The position numbers were made by a program, and so were the translations under genes. DNA of 64,000 bases, taken from contig NC_043004.1 in assembly GCF_006345805.1 (NCBI RefSeq), forward strand, positions 38,378,001 to 38,442,000, read 5' to 3'. The stretch's first letter is position 1, and each line of letters begins with the position of its first letter. Origin of the DNA: Octopus sinensis. Lineage: Eukaryota. Below, in pieces: positions 55,306 through 64,000 of this stretch. The notes beneath the pieces were generated by a model. The model was not told the origin of the DNA. It was given only the letters and a program-made list of their open reading frames with translations, and did not search any database.

Positions 55306-55539
55306 TCAATATTTTTTCCCACTAGGCCGCTGGTGGCAAAAAATTCTACAAAATTTTTTTTGCCACCCTATATTGATTAATTATGAATTTTCTGGTTAAT
55401 TCCGTAATGGAATCGACGGCTTATATTATTTGCTGCCGATAAATTTGGCGCGAGTGCGATGATTTGAAAATTTTAGGTCAGATATTGACTTGGCAGGGTC
55501 GGAAATGCCTCGTGAAAATATCTGTTCCGACTTGTGGCT

Positions 55540-55646
55540 ATTTCTTACTGAAGAATCTGAGGGCCTATGGAAGATTGGCTTGATTTAATTTAATCAGGTT
55601 AGTTTACCATTAAACAGCAGACGAAACGGTGCATCGTATAAGAAAT
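55540..55646 (+). ncRNA. Type I hammerhead ribozyme with branched stem II
   Basis: ATTTCTTA CTGAAGA ATCTG...CAGAC GAAA CG GTGCAT CG TA TAAGAAAT. 8-bp stem I and a GUA triplet. Confidence 0.8.
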
Positions 55647-55789
55647 TACAGGGTAAAGGTTTTTAAATTTTCTCCTGTTTACGGAATTGACTTTTATTTG
55701 CGGTTGAAGCTTTGGCTGTTATTTCTAGTGGGTGAATGGCCTATTATGGCCGTTCCTTGATTGTTGATATATATATATATATATAAGTT

Positions 55790-57118
55790 GGAATTTACAG
55801 AAAAACAATAGACGAAGACAGGTATATAAACAACAAAAAGGTGTATTAAATTAATGCTCGGGGTGCGGTATGAGGTCATTTACGTTTCGAGCCTACGCTC
55901 TTCAACAGAAAGGAACACGAGAAAATAAACAGAGAGAGAATTTTAAAAAAGCTCTAGCGGCTAGCGGTCAGTCATGGCGGTTCGCTGGACAGAGGTGATT
56001 ATACTGGAGTACTCGGAAGAAGGGGAGATATTAAAGTATTGGTGATCCCAAAAAGCGATGGTGCGCGTGCGTGTATAAGTGAGAGTGTGTAAATGTGTGC
56101 GTGTAAATAGGGGCTGGTGACCTTGGCATGTAGATGTGTAAGTGTTTAGGTCTGTAATGTGCGGGTGCGTAGATGATGGTGTGGGTGCTTTGGAATGGTC
56201 GGTTCTAGTGTGTACGTAGTGGTGTGATGTGGTTGGTGGTGCTGCGTTGTATGGTAGTGTGGTGTATTGTGTTGTGGTGGTGTGGTGTGGTGGTGTGTGG
56301 TGTGTTGGTGTTGATGTAGAGTGGTATGTTGGGGTGTGAGATGCGGGTGTGGGGTATGGGGATGTGAGGGTGGGTGTTGATTTGTGGTGCGGATGTGCGG
56401 GTGGAGTGTTGGTGTGGGGTCAGGGTGTGAGAGTAGGGCTGGGGTATATGGGAGTGGGATGTGTAGGGCTGAGTGGGGTAGGGTGGTGGGGTTTAGAGGA
56501 TTTGGGATGGTGGTGTTGGGATGTGTAGGGGTGGGGTGTGGATGGAGCGGTAACGATGGAGGGAGAAGGTGAGTAGGAGTGAAGAGAGGAAATTGGTGTG
56601 AGATGAAGAGAGGAGAGAGGGAGTAGGTGTGAGATGAAAAGAGGAAAGAGGAGGGGAGTCAGATAAAGAAGAGAGGGGAGTTGAGCCCCACTGGCACAAA
56701 GGAGCGAAGAGAGAAGATGAATTCCTGTTCACGGCGATGGCGGGAGTCCCGATGGCCCCTGTGCAAAGACAATCAAAACACAGACAGGCGTTGTAATGAA
56801 TGACCCGTAGAGCGGAAATGGTGCGAGAACGAGGTGCCATTGCCGAATCTAATATGTCAAAGGTGTTCCGCGAATTATTCAGCCAAGCGGCGTCCCGTTT
56901 GATCGATGTACAGAGAAGGACAGAAAGAGCAGGAGATGCAGTAAATGACATTTCTAGAAGTGCATGTAAAGGAGTAAGTGATATAAAAGGACAATGATGG
57001 GTGCCTGTGAGTATGTTGGAGAGGCAGGGGAAAGTGTGGTAGTGTGAGTGGGGGAGATGAATGAGCCAGGTGGGAGGTGGGGTTAGGGAAGAAAATGTGG
57101 GCTAATAATAGATGACCT
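55790..57118 (-). mobile_element. Older 3' fragment of the same Penelope-like family
   Basis: SFTCTSRNVIYCISCSFCPSLYIDQTGRRLAE, plus a pLTR-type terminus. Confidence 0.8.
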
Positions 57119-57699
57119 GGCACTTCAATAGTTTTTGAGGATATATTGAGTGACGTCAAGTTTCAATGCCCCGTCTGGAATATCACTTGCTTGGAAGATA
57201 GATCAGTGTTCGAAAAGTTGTTATCGAGTAAAAAAAAAAGAAAAGAAAAATCATCAGACAACAAATAAAATACAAATTTTTCAAAGTTGGTGTCAAAGTT
57301 TTTTTTAAATACATAAAAACAGTAAAGAAATGTGGGAAGATGGAATGAGTTTCAAACAGATAAAGAAAGTGTTATGTTTGGTAAAAGTTCACAACTACGA
57401 ACATAAGAGATATATAAATCAATTGTTTAAAAATACTTTCCTGAGGAAACAGTCTCAAGAAACGAAATTTCAATAGATGTCTTTTATGATACGTTTAATC
57501 TTCCTAAACAAAGTATGGGCACTACACTTTCTAGTATGAGAAAATGAAAACGCACCGAAGTACTTGAAATACACACTAAACGCAAAAGATATCAAGCTCC
57601 GGGTGGAGTTAAATTCTCAAAAAGGGGAGATTTTATGGATGATTTCCTGAACTCCCCCGGGTGACTGAAATTGGACTAACCGATTACAATAAATAAGAA

Positions 57700-59585
57700 C
57701 TGTCAGGGGAGTAGTTTTGAAGTTGAGTCGTTCAAGACTGAGTGCTTTTTGTGAGTAGAGCGTTAATTGATTGTTCGTTATTGCTGTTTGTTAATATTGT
57801 TAATTGTTGTTATGTTATTTTTTCCCGTTGAGGAAAATGGAGAAAACACCAGCAGGCGGCCACAGTTATGCGGCTGCAACTGGAAAAGGAGCTGAAGATA
57901 AAACGTTGGAGACGCAGCAAATGATTTTAGCTCAATAGAGGCGATCGATTGGTTAAAATTCGAAAAATTAATCTACGTTAAACTTACAAATTACAATTTT
58001 CTCAAGAAAGCCAAGAGAAAAAATGTTTTATTTTGACACATTCTACCAGTATACGATGTTTAAAAGTGTTTAGTTAACTAGAAATTGTGTTGAAAACTGC
58101 CGTTCAAAAGGAAAATATCCGTTTTATGGATTGTTCCCTCTGTGGTGTCCTGTATGTTCTTGTTTGTCCCCCTCTATGTTGCGCCCTTGTTGCTAATAAA
58201 GATGCGAGTTCGACGTCGGGAGAGTGTTGGAGTTAATTTTTGTGAGTTACATGTTAATTGATTGTGAATTAATTATTACCGAATGTTGAAGGCTTTCCCT
58301 GTGCGGCCGTATCCGTATATTTCGGTTGTTTTTAATTCAATTGTATAAAGGAAAATTTGAATACTTCGAGCTAGAGCTATGCAGCGGCGGCAACAGGTAG
58401 TGACAATATTGCCGCGTTAACAGTGAGAGACGTAAAGGTAGAAATAGACAGAATTATAGAATGTGGAAAATTGTTAACAAGTCTAGGAACAGCACTCTCT
58501 CTCTCTGTTGCCGCCAAAGGAATTTTCGGAAAGTTTACAAAAAAGAACGGTCCTGTACAAATCGTAAAAATTATCCACAGGAAAAATCGAAACTGCGACG
58601 ACTGACAGTATAGAAAAAATACTAAAAAATATTAAACACCTGGCGACGTTTGTAACGCGAGGTCAGAAATTCGGAGTGGTAGAAGTCAGGTTCGCATCCG
58701 AGGAAGTAGCAGCAGAGCATGCAGTAGACACGATTAGGAATGACGTGTGGATATTCCTACCAAGTTACTGCGAGAAAAGAAGGATCTTTTTGGTTTGAAC
58801 GGCAGTTTTTTCTAGCGGTGTCATATGAAATTGTCACTCATAATTATGACCCTAGTATCGATCTATTGCATTTCAATGTTTTAGGGCTACGGTTAGTTAG
58901 GGTTAGGGGTGGGGGGAAGGGTATCTTTTTTCTTCAGAAATGTAAATAAACCCAATCTGTTTCTTAAACGAGGGACATATTCATGCGGCACAGAATGTTT
59001 TCACCTCAATAGACATCATTGATTGGTTGAAATTGCAGAAATTGAAGAAAAACAACAACAAATATCTTACAAACTATAGAATTTTCTCAACAAAGCCAAG
59101 AGAAAAAGATGTTTATAAACACATTCTACCAGTATACGAAGTTTAAAATTTTTTAGTTACCTAGAAATTATTTAAAAAAAACTGCCGTTCAAACCGAAAA
59201 GATACGAAAAGAATGGCGAGAGTAAGGGTGGGTAAAATCCCACCCGAATACAACGAGACGTGGATTATGGCGGCAGTCTTATTCCACATGAAAGAGAAGC
59301 CGAAAATATTGAAGGCAATAAGAACTGAAAAGGTCGTCTTTTGTGGATACGGGTTAGAAATGAAGAATCAATCCACCTTGGAAGACCTGAACTCCATAAC
59401 TGAAGAAATAGTATTACCTGAAGGAAATAAGTTGAATGTGATGGTAGAGGGTAGACCTGTGAAATGTTTTTTGTGTAGTGAAAGAGGACACAAAAAAGCG
59501 GACTGCCCTCGAAACAAGGAAAAAGAGAGGGAGGAGAGTTTGACGCAGAGAGTTCGACGCAGAGAGTTCAACGTAGAGAGACGTT
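57700..59585 (+). mobile_element. Fragments of another Tx1-like family (5' UTRs, a 3' UTR, and ORF1 with zinc knuckle), interrupted by MITEs
   Basis: ORF1 ...RVRVGKIPPEYNETWIMAA...EGRPVKCFLCSERGHKKADC (CX2CX4HX4C). The reading frame is split by the MITE at 58782-59205. Confidence 0.75.
58782..59205. mobile_element. Second copy of the Merlin-like MITE, inserted into a LINE ORF1
   Basis: Same TIRs and a perfect TSD GAAAAGAA. A partial third copy is at ~57940-58120. Confidence 0.85.
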
Positions 59586-59804
59586 TGATGTTGGGGCGCA
59601 GTTCAACAATGCCTACAAAAGCTAAATTTTTAAAAATGCACTCCGTTGAACAATCCAATCAAATAAACAATTGCCAAATAACTACAGAATTTTCACAATT
59701 CCCCGGAAAACCGGGAAATAAAATTGTCCAACACAGCCTGAAAACAGGCAACAGTTCAAAATAAGTTTTCTACAATATGTTTTCATCAACACAGTTTAGA
59801 AGAA

Positions 59805-59812
59805 TATATAAA
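59805..59812 (+). promoter_or_regulatory. TATA box of galaxin-like gene 3
   Basis: TATATAAA 64 bp upstream of ATG 59869. Homology with gene 2 begins just 5' of it. Confidence 0.55.
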
Positions 59813-59868
59813 TGCTTATCATTGCATATGGAACTGTATCTGGAATCGAGAAGAGAACAAGGAACATC

Positions 59869-59962
59869 ATGTCCAAAATTCTAATCTTCATCGCATCTGC
59901 TCTACTTGCTGTTATTGGATCAGTAACTGCCTTGCACCCGCCATTTGTTCCTCACACAGCTT
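59869..59962 (+). CDS. Galaxin-like gene 3, exon 1 (signal peptide MSKILIFIASALLAVIGSVTA-LHPPFVPHTA)
   Basis: Homologous to 28593-28674, including the 5' UTR (tctggaatcgagaagagaac..gaacatcATG) and the TATA box. Phase-1 donor T|GTAAGA at 59963. Confidence 0.75.
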
Positions 59963-60108
59963 GTAAGAAGTTTTTACAATTCTATTTATAATTTTATGTT
60001 CTTCCTTTACGAACGTAAATAAATAAAAGTTTCAACAATAAAAAATAACAACTCACAGAGCGCAAAAAAAGACACGACCGAAGACTTCAAACCGGAAGCA
60101 AGCTTCTT

Positions 60109-62111
60109 TAGTTTATGGAATTAGCCATAAAGGCCTTACATACAGGGGACAGCACAAGGTATGGACAAAAAAAAACAACAAAAACATATAGAATGAAATG
60201 AAATGAAATTACTCAATGAAAGATGAAACGAAGTCGCTCAGCCCTACCTCCGAGTGACTTCATTGAACCCTTTGCAACAACCATTTTTGAAATTGTTTGG
60301 AAGCAATTATTTAATTAACTTTTTAATTAAATTAAATATACAGTGGTGTCTATATCCTTTACCCACCACTCGCAGTCCATATTTTCCGCATACTTCTGTA
60401 ATCTCCGTACGTACTCCGTGTCTGCCAACACGTAATGTTCTCGGACAGACCCTTCACTCCCGTTATATCTACATTTTACTGCTCCGTCCTACGAGTCCAA
60501 TTCATCGCACAGTTCTTCATTATGCCCATTATACATTATGACATATTTGTCTTTACAGGGCGGCGGGGGGGGGGTGTACTTTTGTGGCTCTTGTGTGTTT
60601 GTACATATTTTTTATGTCAGACAGGGCATGAGGAGGATTTGTGTCTGTAGGGAGTGGTTGCGGTAAAGTGGGTGTGGGTAGGGGCCGGGTTGGTATGGGT
60701 TGGCAGTCATCCTTTACCATATGTGTCTGCCTCTTTTTTCTTTTCTTCATCCCTGCTCTCTCCCAGTTGGTGCTTGTCTCCTCTTCTTCGATGGTGGTAC
60801 TCTGTAGTATCATATCTCCTTTTCCTCCACGGACTGTGGATCATCTACCACTTTCTCATTCTCCTTAGCCTTTTCTGGTGGTAGAGGGCACTCCGCTCTA
60901 ATGTGGCCTGAAAGGCCACATTTATAGCATCTCGGTATTCTTCCCCTAACTCTACTTTCAACGTTGTGTCTCCTACTGTGATATTCTCTATCATCTTTTG
61001 TATATCTTCCTCCGACACTTGTACCAACATATCAAGGGTTTGTCCCTGCCAGTTCCTATGGGGTTTTCTGGTAGCCTGTAGGGCCACCACCTTCTCCTCC
61101 ATGCCTAGCAGTATGGCAGCCACCAGCCAGGCTACATCGACCTCCGGGGTTATTTCCTCTACCCTAACCCTGGAAGGTAAAAGAAGAAATACCTCATTAG
61201 TTTTCAGCGGCGTTGCTGATTGCAGCCTCACGATAGCTACCTCGCAAAATGTCACCTCCACCGTTCCAAATTTTCTACTTCTGGCAAGGTAGGTAATTCC
61301 TTGCCAGACTGGTTTGATCGCCTTTTCCACCTGAACCGTTGACATAACTTCAATCTTTCCGGCTACTATGGAGAATGTTCTATAAATGATGGTTTTCTCG
61401 ATTTTTTTCCTTTAACACTTATGAAGGGGGAACATCTTCACGTCGCTCCTCCCCTTTTAAGTATTTCCTTGAACTTGCTCAGCCCTTTCTAGTTTATTTG
61501 ATCAATTTCTTCTTCCCTCACCGCCGCTGCATAATTCTTCTTTTCAATAACCTTATCGGTCTTGTTCAAGTAATTGACTAATTCCTCCGACGACTACACC
61601 TCCACCGTTCCATATTTTCGACCTCTGGCAAGGTAAGATATCTCCTGTCAGACTGGCCTTAACACCTTTTCCACTTGTGCCCCCGACACCACTTCTATCT
61701 TCCTTGTTGTCACCACATACGTTCTGTAGACGATTTTTCACTCCACCTTATCTTTTAACACTTCTTTGTGGGGGGAAACCTTCACATCGTCCCCCTCCCT
61801 TTCAAGCATTTCCTTGAACTTGCTTAACTCCCCCAGACTTACGTCTTCAATTCTTCCCTTTGCCACTGCTGCGTAACTCTTAGTGTCCATTTGCTTGTCA
61901 ATTTTCTCCAAACACTTTGCCAAGTCCTCCTCAGGCGACTCAAATTCCGAATAAGAATTATACATTTTTCACAACTCTTCACACGATGACCCTCCATCAC
62001 ACAAGAGGAAAAACGTCGCACAGACAAAAAAAATCCGCACAGCAAAAAAAAAAGAAAGAAAAAAAGTCTACTTCGTACAAATACAACAAACCAAATGAAC
62101 TCTGGCTAACT
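60109..62111 (-). mobile_element. Full-length ORF1-only (half-L1-like) Tx1-type element flanked by a 15-bp target duplication
   Basis: Contains a 5' UTR, a degraded ORF1 (EEITPEVDVAWLVAAILLGMEEK) and a 3' UTR. GGAAGCAAGCTTCTT lies at 60094-60108 and GGAAGCAA-CTTCTT at 62112-62125. Confidence 0.7.
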
Positions 62112-62140
62112 GGAAGCAACTTCTTAACACACAGTCACGA
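62112..62140 (-). mobile_element. SINE head only, truncated by the LINE junction
   Basis: The minus strand reads cgtgactgtgtgttaagaagttgcttcc and then LINE 5' UTR. Confidence 0.75.
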
Positions 62141-62259
62141 CTGACATATGTATGTGAAAGTGTGTATGTGTATAGGAGTACACTGCCTATTGTTTTGTAT
62201 ATCTTTGTATAATATTTCAATAATTTCATATTAAAATTTACTGGGCTTCTTTGAATTAT

Positions 62260-62565
62260 TTGATTATTATTTTACTATGGAGCTATGAGGTCTTCGAGAG
62301 GTGAGTTGACGGCGCCCCCTTAACTTGCTATGGAGTCCTCTCTTATTCTTTGACATATTTCTGCTGTCAAAACTTTCTTGATTATGGAAGAGCAGAAATT
62401 TTTAAATGATGCTGCGGTCAATTTTCTTTAATTCAGGTACACATCTCTGTTACTATACGAATCTCATTACTAATGACGTCTTGCTGACGCTTGTTATGGA
62501 AATGGTGCTGTATGTAATAGATCTTTTATTTGTGTCAGTCATTTAACTGCATCCATACCGATTTG
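62260..62565 (+). pseudogene. Decayed galaxin-like exon 2 of gene 3
   Basis: Reads TCYGVLSYSLTYFCCQNFLDYGRAEIFK*CCGQF[fs]FNSGTHLCYYTNLI..[fs]DACYGNGAVCNRSFIC. CC/CY doublets keep galaxin-like 10-14 aa spacing, with a stop and two frameshifts. It occupies the same position, just after the LINE 5' end and SINE head, as exon 2 of gene 1. Boundaries are approximate. Confidence 0.6.
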
Positions 62566-62695
62566 AAGAGTTTTAATCGATCGAATAGAATGGTATCGAA
62601 TTAAACGTGGTACTCATTCTATCTGTATCTTTTGCCGAACCGCCAGTTACTGGATCGTAAACTAACACACACACACGTACACAAACACCTATCTA

Positions 62696-62784
<89 letters not shown>

Positions 62785-62791
<7 letters not shown>

Positions 62792-63118
62792 AAAGGGCTT
62801 AGTAAAATAAATTACTTTGCCGCATACTGAACTCATTAGAAATAGCAGCTAAAAAACTTTTTTAAGGCTATTTCTAATACTTAACGAAAATCTCTCTCAT
62901 ATATATAAATGAGAGAGATTTTCGTTAAGTATTAGAAATAGCCTTAAAAAAGTTTTTTAGCTGCTATTTCTAATGAGTTCAGTATGCGGCAAAGTAATTT
63001 ATTTTACTAAGCCCTTTTATATAATGTAATAATTTGAATTCGCCTTGAATGGTCCCTTTGCATACTGAACACTTGGTGAAATTGATTAATAATTAATTAA
63101 TTTTGCCCTCAATTGTTG

Positions 63119-63121
<3 letters not shown>
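62785..63121. repeat. Short fold-back of the same family as 24891-26735
   Basis: ~120-bp arms around atatataa, then an extension ending ccctcaattgttgaaat. Both termini match the 24.9-26.7 kb locus. Confidence 0.9.
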
Positions 63122-63159
<38 letters not shown>

Positions 63160-63162
63160 TGT

Positions 63163-63546
63163 GGAGGCGCAATGGCCCAGTGGTTAGGGCAGCGGACTCG
63201 CGGTCATAGGATCGCGGTTTCGATTCCCAGACCGGGCGTTGTGAGTGTTTATTGAGCAAAAACACCTAAAGCTCCACGAGGCTCCGGCAGAGGATGGTGG
63301 TGATCCCTGCTGTACTCTTTCACCACAACTTTCTCTCACTCTTACTTCCTGTTTCTGTTGTACCTGTATTTCAAAGGGCCGGCCTTGTCGCTCTCTGTGT
63401 CACGCTGAATGTCCCGAGAACTACGTTAAGGGTACACGAGTCTGTGGAGTGCTCAGCCACTTACACGTTAATTTCACGAGCAGGCTGTTCCGTTGATTCG
63501 GATCAACCGGAACCCTCGTCGTCTTAACCGACGGAGTGCTTCCATA

Positions 63547-63548
<2 letters not shown>
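63163..63548 (+). mobile_element. Second tRNA-derived SINE family, longer copy
   Basis: Same head as 18458. Confidence 0.85.
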
Positions 63549-63587
<39 letters not shown>

Positions 63588-63761
63588 TTATATATACAAC
63601 TATATATATATAGTATATATATATATATTATATATATATATTATATATATATATATAGATATATATATACATATATTATATATATATATATAGTATATAT
63701 ATACATATATACATATATTATATATATATATATATATTATATATATATAGTATATATATAC

Positions 63762-63799
<38 letters not shown>

Positions 63800-63802
<3 letters not shown>

Positions 63803-63958
63803 CGGGCTTTCTTCAGTTTCCGTCTACTAAATCAAATCACAAAGCTTCGGTCAAACCGCGGCTATAGTAGAAGGCACTTGCCTAAGGTACCACACAGTAA
63901 GACTAAACCCGGAATCATGTGGTTCGGAAGCAAACATTTTACGCCAAGCCACACCTAC
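63800..63958 (-). mobile_element. CORE-like SINE (5' half)
   Basis: Head and core recognisable. Confidence 0.8.
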
Positions 63959-64000
63959 GTTTATATTTATATATAGATATATAAATATTTGCAAAATTGC

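Larger units (their letters stand above)
59590..60093 (-). mobile_element. Tx1-like 5' UTR fragment, split by the galaxin exon-1 module (~59801-60015)
   Basis: 59590-59800 aligns to ~44495-44705 and 60016-60093 aligns to ~44706-44771, so the two pieces are contiguous in the LINE. Confidence 0.75.

Overview
AT-rich, microsatellite- and transposon-dense animal genomic DNA. It is most likely octopus/cephalopod, inferred from the SINE families and repeat style and not verified. The only host genes I can support are a plus-strand tandem cluster of two-exon, secreted, dicysteine-repeat (galaxin-like) genes. Gene 1 is represented by exon 2 only (13757-14310). Gene 2 is complete: a signal-peptide exon (28593-28674) spliced across a ~17.9 kb intron to exon 2 (46611-47137), giving a predicted 202 aa protein. 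Gene 3 has an intact signal exon (59869-59962) and a decayed exon 2 (~62260-62565) that the ORF track misses. The rest is Penelope-like retroelements (RT + GIY-YIG), Tx1/L1-like LINEs, R4/Dong-like LINE fragments in (TAA)n, three SINE families, Helitron-type and MITE-type DNA elements, and simple repeats. Three unusual signals stand out. (1) Type I hammerhead ribozyme motifs occur at about 7 loci, plus 5 variant-core motifs, and one locus is a ~560-bp tandem/fold-back repeat carrying three complete hammerheads (retrozyme-like). (2) Tx1-like LINEs, including an ORF1-only derivative, join at the same 15-bp sequence found in a tRNA-derived SINE head. (3) A TATA + signal-peptide exon module sits inside a LINE 5' UTR. 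All RNA structures and alignments were done by eye and are unvalidated.
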